64,000 nt of DNA from Laetmonice hystrix. Its lineage: Eukaryota. Of the stretch, positions 47,501-61,100 are shown piece after piece (positions within the stretch are counted from its first letter, which is position 1; every line of letters starts with the position of its first letter). The stretch covers positions 8,806,001 to 8,870,000 of the forward strand of contig OZ249436.1 in assembly GCA_965235115.1 (NCBI GenBank), in the 5' to 3' direction. The notes below the pieces were generated by a model. It saw only the letters and a program-made list of their open reading frames with translations, made no database searches and was not told where the DNA came from. The position numbers and the translations under genes are program-made.

Positions 47501-48790
47501 CTTGGGGGTTGCTGTCAGGGGGGTAGCCGCATCTAAAATTGCTGTCATTGGTCATTTTGTATTCAAACACACCCAACAAACATTTCTAGACTATTTCTAT
47601 CCTTGCCCTCGTTCACATGAATATATATGTAATTTTCTTACCCCCCCCCGCCCCCTTGGGGGTTGCTGTCAGGGGGGTAGCCGCATCTAAAATTGCTGTC
47701 ATTGGTCATTTTGTATTCAGGGACACTCAAAGAACATTTCTAGACTAGTTTCAGCCTTGCCCTCGTTCACATAAATAAATGTTATTTCCGTCCAACTCCT
47801 AGTGTCGGGGGGGGGGGGGGTACTTTGAACGTTGCTGTCGGGGGTAAAGCCGCTCTCAAAATTGCTGTCATTGGTCATTTGGTATTCAGAGACACTCAAC
47901 GAACATTTCTAGACTAGTTTCAGCCTTGCCCTCGTTCACATGAATAAATGTAATTTTTTACCCCCCCTTTGGGGGTTGCTGTCGGGGGGGTAGCCGCATC
48001 TAAAATTGCTGTCAATGGCCATTTTATAATCAGTGAGGCCCAACTAAAGATTTGAAACTATTTTCAGCTTTGCCCTCGTTCACATGAATAAATGTCATTT
48101 TTTGCACCCTTTTTTGGGTGTTTTGGGGGTCAAAGCCGCTTTTTTTTGCCGGCAGCAATCCATTTCTTAGATATGAGAGAATGAATCTATACATCCCAGA
48201 AGTCAAACCTTTTGCCCTCGTTTACATGAATAAACCTTCTGGGCTCCCGGTCTAATAACACACTGTCCTGTGACACAGCAGTTGTTGGAATGCTCACATA
48301 ACACACTGTCCTGTGACACAGCAGTTGTTGGAATGCTCACATAACACACTTCTGTGACACAGCAGTTGTTGGAAAGTTCACATAACACACTGTCCTGCGA
48401 CACAGCAGCTGTAGGAATGCTCACATATCACACTGTCCTGCGACACAGCAGCTGTAGGAATGTTCACATAACACACTGTCCTGTGAGACAGCAGTTGTCA
48501 GAGGTTCACATAACACACTGTCCTGTGACACAGCAGTTGTTGGAATGTTCACATAACACACTGTCCTGTGACACAGCTCACATAACACACAGTCCTGTGA
48601 CACAACAGTTGTCAGAAGTTCACATAACACACTGTTCTGTGACACAGCAGTTGTTGGAATGCTCACATAACACTGTTCTGTGACACAGTGCAGTTGTTGG
48701 AAAGTTCACATAACACACTGTCCTGTGACACAGCTCACATAACACACTGTCCTGTGACACAGCAGCTGTAGGAAGGCTCACATAACAGCA
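44515..48790 (+). repeat. cacataacacactgtcctgtgacacagc minisatellite (44515-44654 and 48255-48790), split by the foldback element
   Basis: The same unit lies on both sides, in register across the insertion. Confidence 0.9.
44655..48254. mobile_element. 3.6-kb foldback DNA element with ~1.2-kb modular TIRs, TAG...CTA ends and 3-bp ATA TSD (Academ-like, non-autonomous)
   Basis: ATA|TAGAGCGGGAGCCCAGAAGG... is inverted to ...CCTTCTGGGCTCCCGGTCTA|ATA. The arms contain ~160-bp tandem units; the core (~45850-46850) has no long ORF. Confidence 0.82.
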
Positions 48791-50222
48791 GTAGCCTGAA
48801 TTCTCACAGAACATGCAGATACATTAATCACACATTGACAAATTCACCCAACCTATCTACCTACTCATCTATCCAGCTAAATCTAAGATTTCACTGTAGT
48901 ATTATCACTTGTCTCAGGGTTCACTCAAGATATCACTATTCACTGTCTCCAATTATTGACAGAAAAATGAATGCATTCATGACTAGAACTGTTCAGGTAA
49001 GTTAACAAGTTAGCATGATTTATGAATATACATGTGTAAAAAGAAGCTTTTATTTGAAATGAAACAATACTATATTACTTACTTTAGCAGTCTTAAAATT
49101 TTTAAATGACCTCTTTAGACTGACGTAGACAATAAAACTGGCATAGATTTGTTCCACCCGACCCCTAATAGGCTCCGACTACTTTGGGTATGATACAAAG
49201 AACTGAAAGTTCTGTTTTGGCCTTGATTACATTCTACAGACACTCAATCAGACACCTGTTAAAATTGTCACCGCAGATAAAATATTCGTCAAAAGAATTC
49301 CTAGACCAATATATTAATGAAATGGGAAAATTTGTTGATAATTATAAATCAATTGTTTTTGGATGGAAGGGTGCATGGCTTCCATACACCTGCTGCATGT
49401 CATTTCCATGTCATGTTGACAATCGACTCTCATAGCTGCATGATGTGAACATGCGACAATACACGATACTAGAGGCTGAGTATTTTGTATGAACCCTGTG
49501 GGCCCGAATGCTTTGTACCCTATAGACACAGGCTCTTTCAATCAAACACTAAACGTGCTGTAAACTTGATGTCATATCTTGAGTTGAAGCCAGGCTTCTT
49601 TTCTAGTATTCATAATACATACCGGCACCTAAATCACATCTTTTTAGGAAATGAACTGTACAGGCCAAAATTGCAGCCCTTTTACAATCAGTTATAATGC
49701 TTATTGTAGGTTATTTTAACCCTCTTTGGCAATTGAACATGGCAAACATTCAGTTGTCAGACACAATTATTGCAGGCATCATTATTCTGGACCTCTGTCT
49801 CTCATTACAGTGCTATATTTACCTCCAATCGTTAATGCTTATAATGTGCTGTAGATTATTATGTACAACTTTAAAAATTTGAATAAATGGAATGGTTTTG
49901 TGAAAATCATCAAGCTTCTATAACCAACTAAATCTTAGTAAATGACTACAAGGACTGTAAGCAGTGATCTGTGGGTCAGGTTACAACTGAATTGTGGCGA
50001 CCATTCTGAGGGTCACTGTCTGCCCACTTTCTGTTTACGACGGTCAATTGGCCCTTAAAAGGTCTGATCAACATGGAGCCCTGACAAACTTTACTAAACA
50101 CCTCTAAGCCAGCTGATGCGGCAATAAATATTTTACGGGAATTTTCTCCCATTTTCCCCCCTTTGGGATTTACATTCATTTCCATTTACATGCTTCGTGA
50201 TACTTTCATATCAAATCTGATA

Positions 50223-50332
50223 CTGGGGTGCGTTTCTCATCTGTCGTTATCCTGTCGTGCATTAAAATCCTCACTGAAAATACATTGGAGTTAACGATAC
50301 GACAAGCTAACGACATGTTGAGAAACACACCC
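50223..50332. mobile_element. short MITE; second copy at 57372-57489
   Basis: gggtgcgtttc...cattgg(a/g)gtt(a/t)acgatac...gaaac(a/g)cac is shared by both copies, with inverted ends. Confidence 0.6.
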
Positions 50333-50366
50333 TAGATCCCTACAATCCCATTACCTTTCAGGACCA

Positions 50367-53300
50367 CTATTTGACATCCTTGATTTTGCCTCCATGTGGA
50401 CACACTTGGTCAGCGCCATGTTTGCCAGTACAGATGACTGTGGGTACATGCCCACTGTCCCACATACCTGGCCCACACAGAGAACACAGACCCTCCAGGG
50501 TACAAGGGATCTTCCTGCGGGTCCGGAACTGATGCAACAAAGCTCGTGCCTGAAGTGGGAAATCACATCTTCTATGTATAGCAAAGGTGGCATAGGTAAT
50601 TATGACATCTCTACAACTACAACTCATAACATTCCAATTTTAGCTAAATATTTAGGAAAAGCATTAAGACTAAAATCAGTGGTATCTTCGTGTTCCCCGT
50701 GTACTCCTCACATTATCATATTCATATGAATGTTTACCTCTATTTAAGTATGCACATTTTCTTTGGTGAAATATGCAATCTTACCTTGCGTAAGACCACG
50801 TCTCCTGACATATGCATGGAGAGGGAGGAGAAGTGTAATAACATCTCATCAGCAGGTAGGTCCTGTTGGACAACATCCTCGCCATACACACCGATGATGG
50901 CCACACACAGGAAGAGGTGGAAGTAGTCAGTTTGATAGTGGGCCCAGCATGCCTCCCACATTCTCAGGGCGTCTGCCTCAGGGAATTCTCGTTTGAAACA
51001 CAGCAGGATCCACCTAAAACACACACATGCTGCACATTGAGGACTGCACATGGCAAGGTATCCCTGTACGAGGAAGACAGAACAATTGGCAATTGGCAAG
51101 TAAACCCAGCCTTCTGTCTGGTTTTCCATAATATCATTAGTGTCCAAATTCGGAAACCTTTATTCAATGGTTGGTCTTGAAGGCTTACTATGTGCCAAAC
51201 TTTACAAAATCTTTATGTTCACTAGGCCTTAAATTGGAACATGTTGCTTACCTATGACAGAAAAGCAGCTCCATCCCATCTTGAAGCTTGAGCAGGTGCT
51301 TGTAGAACCGTGGTTGCATTACGCGCAATAATTCTCTCAAGAATAACTTTATGAAAGAAACAGAAATTTATTAAGCCTGTTTGAAGTTCATCAATCCAAG
51401 ACAGAGGCTGACATAAAAAATTAACTTGAAGATGGCAGATCACTCCTGTCATGAAATCACTTTCAGTTTTACAAATAGAGCAAGAAAACACCGTGTAAAT
51501 ATTTGAGTACATTTTTCAGAATTTCTATTCAATGAGAGGGTACATCATAATTGCTGTGGACTGACCAGCTGTTTGTCCATGTCGACATCCTTGGGTGAGG
51601 ACACAAAGATTGTCCGTTCCATGAGGCCCACAAAGCACCAGTATGAATCTACCTCACTTTGAACCTCTACCAGCACTGGTGCTAGCAGATCGGACATTCC
51701 CTGGGTGTACCCATAGTGGGGGTGAGCCACAGCATAGTTCAGCAATATATTCCTGAAAAAAAAACAGAAACTCAATAAATAAGGTATTCGGATATCACCT
51801 CAAGCACTTCCTCTAATCTACGTGGGTATTTTAGAGATTCACAATTTTCACATCCAAGTGTTGTAAGGTATATTGATAATTTGTGAATTGACTTTTGGAT
51901 TACTAACTGCAGAATCTCGATGTTAGGATTGTCATCTCCTTTGAAGTAAGGATGCGTCCTGTCAGTTCGTACGACGTCCTTTTCTACGATTGACTGAATA
52001 TTGCGCCAAAATGTATTCTGATCCTCAGGAGTCATGCTTTCTCTGGAAGGTAAGAATATATAGGCAAGGATTATAATTAAGGTAAAACACAAGACATCAT
52101 ATAAGCCTGACAGACACTAGTGACAAATTATCAGGACGAATGAATGTGAGGAAAGAACACACGAGGTGATGAGAGATTAAGGCCGAGTCAACTAATGTTT
52201 CCATTGAAACATACAACAAGGTCTATGTTACTTGGATAAATATGAACTACATGATGCTGACATATAAACCATTAGCTTTGCTTCTTAATACTTCATTACT
52301 GTTAATTAGTTTGTCAATCATAACTACACAACACATCCCAAATTATACTAACCGTTGTTTGCGTATATTCTGGTACTCGATATACTTGTCATTACGTATA
52401 TGTTCACGCTCTTCAAATGTGGAGTCATAAGGGTAATAATGAAGTAGGAATGGCCACATTTCATGTCGCACACTCGACTCAAGTCCAGCAAAAAATATTG
52501 CCTGAAAAGCAAATTCAGTACCGATATAATGCCTCCAAAAAGTCATTATGATCAGTTATTTAAAATAGGTTGCTCAATGCAGTTTGCCCCTCAAGTTACT
52601 TGACCTTTGGACTTCCCACAACAGTTCTACATAAACTCTGAATTGAGGTCATCCATGGACTTCTAAACAGACGTCTGGCACCTTAGATTTCAACCGTAAT
52701 GAGTTATACCGATTCTCTTACTGGGAAAGCTACAGTCTCACTTGCTGCATACCTTTCTGAGGTTTAGGTTATCCTCAATCTGACCAAGTTCGTTCATGTG
52801 GTGGCGCCACGTGCCCTCATTGACCTTTTCATAGGCCCCTTCTTCAGGGTGCGACTGCTCTTTGGGCAGGTAGGGCCGGATGACAGAGAAATGCTCACAG
52901 AGGGTGTCAACATCCTTCCTCTGAAACACACCAAAACATTCCGGCTAGTAAGGTTGACTCACTAACTCCTGGGTAAGGCATTCACTGTATGGTCTTAAAT
53001 GTAACATTCCTGAGGGATTCAGAATTCTCAAGTACGACAGGATAACATGGACATGATGCAAACAACATGGACATTTCTTGATTAACCTGATTCTTGATAT
53101 TTGTAACATGCCATTCTGATATATATTCACAAATGAAATCAGCTTAAATACTGTTCAATTGTTGCTTTCAGTACAATAACTACAGTAAGCAATATTACCT
53201 AGGTTCTGAATGCAGAGGTGTACCTCCTTTAATGTAACCATAGATTTAGAACCTCATGATTTGGATTCTCTTACTCTTGGAGATTTATTAGTTATTAGAA

Positions 53301-56300
53301 ATAACTTTTTTTTTCTTTCATTTTAAATCATCTTTCTTCCCTCAAACTCCTAAAATGGAGTAATTTTCTGATCATATATCTGCAGTCTTACAATATGTGA
53401 ATATAAATCTTTCAGTTTCCCCTCCTTATTTCAAGAGAAAGAGGGGAAGGGAGTTGGTGTCAGTTTGTAAGATTGGTCCCTATTGTAATTGCTAACAGAA
53501 GCCCTGATTGGGGAAATCACCATAGATCTCAAGTAGAAAAAGGTCTGCTTCGACAAGTCACACACAAGATTGTTACAAGGACACTACTTCCTTGACATAA
53601 AAACTTACCTTCCAAAATGATGATTTCTGACTAGACTGTAACATAACCAACGTTTTGCAGAGATAAATTTTGAAGCAAGAAAAAAATCTAATAGCATATA
53701 TTTTCTTCAATAGTAATATGGTGACAAAGATTATAAGATAAATGTCCACGTTTCGAGGATGATTTTAAAGAATTCAATAGACTGAAAAGATATGAAAAAA
53801 TACACACAGTATGTACACTGTCCATCAGTGAAATAAAAGAACATAGAAAAATAAATTAATATTAAATATTTGGCTACCAACTTATATAAGTCAAATGTTT
53901 CCCCAAAACCGCACTATCCAGCTTCCAATTCTCAACAACAGCAGGAGATGGAATAACACTCTACTTGTTTCAATAAAAATGTATATCTGAACACCGCTAG
54001 GATCTCATGGTTTAACTTGTAACCTGACATTGATAAAAAAAATGGGCCCTAGTCTCTGGGAGAAGATCACTTGTAGTATTAGAGCGTCACTTCACCTTGT
54101 CTTTGGGCTTTGCCAGGAACTTCCAGTCCATGAAGACATCACCAAGCCGGTCGAGGCCACCGTGGTGGAAATGAAGGATCTTGTACTGACTCTCTCTGCT
54201 TGCAATAACCAGCTGGCCACTTGTACAGGCATCGTCAGAGTAGAATATTCGTAGGGACCTCATCTGACCTTTAATATGTATAAATTAGAAACAATATAAT
54301 ACTACAAGACTTTTAATAAATTTATGTAAAAATGTTCAATGTAAGACAATAAACAAATTCCAAAACTCTTGTCCTCTGAAATCCCATAATACTCTTGTCC
54401 TCTGAAACCCCATAATGGAGTTATCTTTGGGAGTTTTGATGATTACATAGAGCACAGCTGGCACTCAATCTCAATGGTTTTTTTTTACACAAATGTAAAT
54501 TGTCATTAATATTTTGAATAGAATCACCTAGGTCAACTGAGAACACTCCACAGAGTTGTTGTTTGGCTGTTTTCTTCAAGCCTCCTGATGAAGCTCGATG
54601 TTCGAAGGAGACAGAGTTTTCTGGGAATGTTAAGTTCATGTGGCCATCGTTGCCACTCTCACTGGTTGCATAGCCTGGAGATTCCATCCTGACTGACTCG
54701 GGAGAGTTGGGGGGAGATTCCGGGGGTGTGATCGGAGATGGCACGCGGGAATCTGGCCCCGATGTGGAGGATGAAGAACAGGAGGAGATGGGACTGGGAC
54801 TTCTATCAGCACTGTGGGTCGGAGCCTCAGGGGTGATGGTGATGTCGGGAGCCGTGGCTGTCAGGTCCAGCTGCAGACTCAGTGACTCCTTAAGTTTACA
54901 GACATCGGACTTTGAAGGAGTTGGATCCCTGGCCAGTTCAGGCATGTCTCCGTCCGGGGTGCCTTGATCTGGGGTCACCGTCTGCTGTAGTTCATTCAGG
55001 ATCTTATGGTAGTGTTCACTGGTTGGGCTTGGGTATTCTGAACTGCTGGTGCTGTTGTAGTCAGTGTCCCTCGACGTCAGCGTACCCAAGCCAGAATCTT
55101 TGTGACTGCGTGACATCGGCTGTGAGGTGCTACCAACATCCTCACTGTCAACATCTTCGTCCTCAAATATTGAGTCCTCGTCAATTTCCTCGGTGACCAC
55201 CACCAGGTTATCTCCATCCATCTCAATGCTTGTAACGGAACGACTGGAGCTGTTACGTTCCTTCTTAATCTCCTGCACACGGTTCTTATGCAGCATCATG
55301 AATAGTTGTCGCTCTGTGGAAGGACTACCACTGTCAGAGGAGGGACTCACATTGTTATAAGAATTCACCGTATGGCCTTCATCCTTGGCGACAACATCAG
55401 ATTCTATAGACTGGGCATTGGAAGACATAGAAACTTTACTGGTGCTACCCTGGCTACTGGCAATATTGTTGGTATGGTTTTCTTGCTGTATTTCTGACCT
55501 TTGAGCCTCTACTGCATCTTCACTAGATTTTGTATGTGTTTCCTTATTTTCCTTGGGCCCAGGCAGGTCAACCCCTGGTGAGGAGATGGACTCTCTTGGA
55601 GACTGACTTCCTGGAGATGTGTAGTATATTGGACGAGCAAACTCCTGTCGCGGAGACCGCCGGGGGCTGATACGTTGGGGGATGCCAGGGTGACGTGGAC
55701 TGTTCTCTATACTGCGAGGGTTACGTTTCAATGTTGAGTTAGGTATCCATGTTAAGATCAGTGTGGATCCAAGAACCTGCAAAAATATGTTATCAAAGTT
55801 ATCATTTATTATCATTTATAAATGCTAAACATGCACTCAACACAGCACATCAATAAGGCCACAATTTATCATAAATTCATGCAATATTACACCCTGTCAC
55901 TAACGAAAAATAAAATTATGCTTCAAACTGGCTTTCAAAGATCTCAAGTTGATGGGGCTACTACTACCCATTACCCAGTTATGCTAATTTAACCCTTATA
56001 AACAAAAATATAAGTTAATCCTGAAATGCTCAGAATTCACCTGAGTAAAGTAGATATTCTATGGCAGGCAACAAAAAACATTCACACAAGTACATTTATA
56101 ACTAAAAGTATTTTAAGTGATCTGACACAAACCACTGACTAAGTGACAAACATACCTCATCATCCTGGGACCTAATATTTAGGTATCCTGGAAAGTGTTC
56201 CCCCTCCACACTCAGAGCTGCAGGTGGGTGAACACACACATTGTTCTTACAGTAGATTATTTCTCCATCAAGGGGTGGTGGCTTTAAACGTTCAGGACTA

Positions 56301-56383
56301 GCAAAACCAAGCAAGTTGGTAGCCTTCTTGAAAAGGCTAGTGAGACTCATATTGGCAATGGGTAGTGCTGGTAGAACATCCAT
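50367..56383 (-). CDS. TBC1D16: TBC1 domain family member 16 (Rab GTPase-activating protein)
   Basis: Minus-strand phase-consistent exons: 56383-56156, 55776-54528, 54268-54096, (53635-53609 micro-exon), 52920-52753, 52501-52353, 52042-51908, 51752-51566, 51346-51252, 51013-50785, 50549-50367 (TAG). Motifs: LDGEIIYCKNNVCVHPP, LILTWIPNS, CGVFSVDLG, VEKDVVRTDR (Arg finger), YTQGMSDLLAP (Gln finger), WEACWAHYQTDYFHLF. The start may instead be the ATG at 56350 (MSLTSL...). Confidence 0.93.
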
Positions 56384-56907
56384 TGGACTTTGGTGGCTGT
56401 GCTCTAAACTTTCACACGACTTAATTGCTTAAGCTTTGTCATAGCTTGGGTGACTTGCCGTGAAATGTCTTCTTCTGTTCAGCTGCAATGTTCAATAGAG
56501 ATTACTGATAATTTTTTTAAAATATTTATTACAGGCACATAGTACAGTATACACACACAAACAAAGACGTACACAATTCAGTACAAGAAGATATCACAAT
56601 ACACAGTGCACATAAAAGGGAGTATAACATAATTTGACATACACCAATACCACAGAAGAAGATTACGGATAAATTTGCTGTATGGAAATGTGCATCATAT
56701 TCACAGAGACAGAAAGTTTTGCACAGAGAGCCCTGTTGACTGTTGTCTAGACTTCAATTGCTTCAAAAATACATACCGACTTTTTTACAGTACAGTAATG
56801 CATAAATTTCTCATCTAGGCCACCTTTATGTGAGTTCCAGTCCTGCATGCGCATTATAATGAACTGTGTACAGAATATCATGTTTTAAATATTGGATTCG
56901 GTTACTG

Positions 56908-57061
56908 GGGCTGGTTTTACTAAAGGTCCTTATTTAACGACCTCGCTAATTTAACATAGAAGTGAATGGGTTGCTAGGTCCAAAATAATGACCTAGCAAC
57001 CATTCACTTCTATGTTAAATTAGCGACGTCGTTAAATAAGGACCTTTAGTAAAACCGGCCC
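56908..57061. mobile_element. palindromic Harbinger-type MITE (CWG-flanked); a half copy lies at 6523-6628
   Basis: CTG|GGGCTGGTTTTACTAAAGGTCCTTATTTAA...TTAAATAAGGACCTTTAGTAAAACCGGCCC|CAG. Confidence 0.8.
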
Positions 57062-57770
57062 CAGGCGACCAATGCTGTCGTGGTGGCTTCGTAGTCAGAA
57101 GGTTCCGGGTTCAAAACTCGACCGAAGTCTTTTTTATTTTGTTTTGTTTGCTGGCTTGTTTTTTCAATATTTCCTATATTAGTATATAGCATATAGGAGA
57201 TGGATATTATTCTAATTGACCGAGTCAGAGAGTGAGTGGACATCACTGACAATGTCGGTGATCACAGAGACTGTTATTCAGTGCCAGTGCAGACCCATGC
57301 CTCTGACATTTCCATCATGTGGGCTCGGAATTTTTCATCTGAGCTAGTCGATTTTTTACTTTACTGTCGGACAGGGTGCGTTTCACAACAATCGTAAGTC
57401 GTAACCCTGTCGTGCATAAACTCCCCATTGAAAATGCATTGGGGTTTACGATACAACAAGCTTACGACAGGTTGTGAAACGCACTCCTGGCTGCTTAGTT
57501 CCGAAAAAGTTTAATTTCCACCCTTGCGTTACAGAATTATTATAAGTAAGTAAATTATTAATATTATAAAGTAATAATAATAGCCTGGCTGAGGGCACAG
57601 TACCGGGGTAACACTTTGCCTTTGGAGCCCTCAAAATAAGCAGACAGCTCTAGACGGTTCCTCTAGAGACTAGAGGGATCTATGTCATCATCCCCGCCAG
57701 CTGACAAATTATCTTTCAGCACCACAGATTATAACGTTTCTGAGCGGCTGTCAATATTTTGCTGACATAC

Positions 57771-57900
57771 CGTCACCGACGGCATCGGACTCGGAGTGGC
57801 CGTGTGTCATCACGATCGACACCGGAGATCGGTAGATCGGCATCGGGGACTGACAAGACCAAACACGTTGTCTGAAGTATTTGGGGGAGCCCTGGGACTT
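57771..57900 (-). other. TBC1D16: probable non-coding first exon of TBC1D16 (5' boundary approximate)
   Basis: CpG-rich segment ending in a minus-strand donor ACG/GTATGT at 57770. A matching acceptor ttgcag lies at 56483, upstream of the ATG. Confidence 0.5.
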
Positions 57901-58151
57901 TTTTGGCGAAATTTACATTCTGAATATACAGGGAGTCTATATCTGTCCCCAATTATTCGTATAATGCACACATATGGAGAGCCAAGGACCGTATTTTGAA
58001 AACATCTTAGGCCTACCTGACATTTCGCACACATCGCAGGGAAAATTCCGAAGGCATATGAAACAATCAATTTTATTGGTTAAGCTAGGTTTCTCTCGGG
58101 CCAATCAGAACTATTCTACTGTTTCCTCATAGCAACCACCATAGCTTCAAC
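57900..58151. promoter_or_regulatory. bidirectional TBC1D16/CCDC40 promoter with CCAAT boxes and an RFX X-box-like site
   Basis: Divergent genes; ATTGG at 58075, CCAATC at 58101, and GTTTCCTCATAGCAAC at 58121-58136 (X-box-like with a strong TAGCAAC half site) 15 nt before the CCDC40 ATG. Confidence 0.6.
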
Positions 58152-61100
58152 ATGGCGGACGAAGAGAGGTAGGACTTTCAGCTTGCTCTATTAAAAAAAC
58201 AGAGAATTATTTGCTTATTTTTCGCAATTTGGTCGGTAAGTTATCTAAAGGGATTCGGTAAACATGTCAGCGTTCAGTTTGGGGGATGTTATTTAGTTTA
58301 TACAGATTTGGGAGGTGTTAAGTTTGGTATTTTTGTCCCCTGCGGCCTTGGCTTGGTCAAGTTGGTGGGCTTGGCCTGCAAAAAAGCTAGCTGAGCTGAG
58401 GCTTGCCTTGCCCTTGGCCTCAAAAAGTGCCTTGCTTGCTTGGCCCTTGCCCGTGCCGTGGGCATGGGCCTCGGGCTAGGCCGCGCCAGGGCAGGAATCT
58501 CCCGCATCCAGGCTTTATCAAGTCACTGACTGACTGGCTTGATTTGTCCACATTTACCAATATTTATTTTTAAATGTGCTAAAAATCCACCAGAATGCAT
58601 CATTGTACATGGTAAATTTCTAAAAGTTTTACAGGGGAGCATGCCCCCAGACCCCCCTAGCATTGCTTCACGCCATTGGTGCTCACCATCACCCGCAAGT
58701 GGTCGGGCGATGGTCGGCTGGCGGACTATAAACCGGCCTTTACAGGCGAACGGTCGTTTCGTTGTCGGTTACCTAAAATTAAAAAACGGGCGAACGAAAA
58801 ATGGGTTATGCAAATTAATCTCAGGCCTGGAGAAGGGGTAGGGGTGAATGGGGAAGCCCATGGCGATGGGACAGTAGGAGTTGCTGGTCACTTTAGTCCA
58901 GTGTTTTTTTGGGCCACTGCCAGAGCCTACATCTAGCCAGTTGAATTCTGAATCAGGCACGGCGGAAGCAATTTCGGATTGGGTGGGGGGGGGGGGGGGG
59001 CTACACTATCACAGCACTTCAGGCAAGGGTCCAGGGGCTGCCTAGGCCCCGGAAGCTCTGGGAATTATTTTATTTATCTGATATTATTGGGGTGGGGGGG
59101 GGGTAATAGCCCCCTAGCCCCCCTGCTCTGCCGTGCCTGTAAATAAGCCAGGGTTTATAAATTATCATTTCTGCATAACCCATTAGGTAACCTTCGGGTT
59201 ACCCAGAAAGTCTTCAGGTAACCGAATGATGAATTACCATGTCACTTTTCAGGTGAATGGAAAATGGGTTATGCAAATTTCCCTTATTCTCAGGCCTGCG
59301 CCCGTGGAAAAGACCACCGGCACGATCAGGATAGCGCCTACTGCATTGAGTGCATACTTAATTCACTTCTGAAACTGAAGTATACTGCAGTATACTCCCA
59401 AGGGAGTCCTCAGCTGGGCCAGGCGAAGCTCATGCACAACTAACATGAACAAAACATTGAGACCTCCATCTGGCTCTAATACTGTTTCGAATTTTCCTCT
59501 GTCTGGACTTGAAATAGCGGGAGTTCAAGTCACCCCCTCACGGGAGTGAATCACTCCCCTGAGGAGCACCTGGGGAGTGATTTTTTATAGCTCCTGTGGC
59601 AAATCCACGGGAGTGACTGATAGCTCCCACAGGAAAATCTGCTGACTGACACTGAGTATTAAAAATATAATTGTATTTTTAATGTGCCAATGTTGTTTAT
59701 GTTATAATTACAGGCCATCTGGGATCCAGGATGTTGTATCAAAGGTGACAGTTGCTGCTCTTGCAGAGGTATGTACCCCCCCCCCCTCCCCCAGTGAAAG
59801 TCGGTTCAGTGGTGGCTTATTATAAACATACTTGAAACATTTTTCTGTCAAAGAGTGCCTAAAACTAAAACTATGGTTGCATAGCTCCTGTTTAATAGCT
59901 AATACCCAAGACTCTGATCAGTAGTTTTATTCTGCTTTTCAATTTTTCTTTTATATTTTGGGTTTTTGTGTGTCGCTCTACAACCCCTTAATTCTAAGCT
60001 CGAATGATGCTTTGAAACAAAATAAAACCTCAAGGCATTACTTATAAAAAATTGTAACAATATTTTGTCTAAGTAATGCTACTTTTAATTCCATATGTAA
60101 AGTTTGACACGGGAGAAATGGAAGCAGATGCAGCAGCAGTTGACAAGCCAAGCTCAAGGCCTTCATCTGCTAAGGCATCATCTCGACCAGCTTCCTCCCG
60201 GTCAACTACAAAATCTTCTCCCAAGGGTAACTATATGATGTTCCTAAAGATATGAGGCACAAGAGGGGCCATTTGAATTTTACACCTACATGTTACAATC
60301 TTCTATTTTTGTACTGTATTTTTACAAGGATAACACTATAAGTATAAATTTGATAACAATATTAAAAAAGGGTCTAGTAATTCCATAGCTGCTGCATGTA
60401 TCTTTTCTTGTTATATTTATGACAATCATATACTCTACAAATAGGATCTAAATCTCCTTTGGCTGGTGGATCTGGTGCACCTTCCCCTAGTGGTAGTCGC
60501 AGGGGATCAACAAGTCGACCAACCTCTGCTGCTAAGGAACGTGCATCCTCTGTGGACAGACCCTCGTCCCAGACATCTGCAGAAAGGACAGGTAGCAGAC
60601 CAGGTTCTACTGCAGCCAGTCCAAAAGGATCCAAGGCAGGGAGCCATCCAGGGTCTACTGCAGGTAGTGCAAGACGATCCAACACAGGGTCCCGCCCAAC
60701 ATCTGCTAGCAAGGCACTGGCTCCAGAAGGTATTTCAATATAAGATCAGTGCAATCTACAATTTACTCATAAATACTTATAAATTATAAATTGAGACATC
60801 TGTTATGAGTAGGAATTCTAAAATGATACAATGGACTATTTTTAAACTTTCTTTATAGTAGGTCTATAATGAGTCGGCATGGTGAGGAAACTCGCAACAA
60901 TAAAGAAAACTATAATAAGGAGTAAAAGCTCTATAAAATAATAAAGGCCTATGAATTATAGCCTCATGAAACAGACGTCGGGAATTGTTAACCTCTTCTT
61001 CCACAGATAGCCTTGTTCTCACTGGTCGTTCTCCAAGTAGACAAGAAGATGACAAACCACCCTCACGTCCTTCATCTGCAGTGAGAGCTGCATCAAGAAA

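Noticed and set aside
50340..50366. Donor-like AAG|GTAATG on the minus strand 12 nt after the TBC1D16 stop (possible 3'UTR intron)
   Set aside because: No acceptor can be assigned without transcript data.
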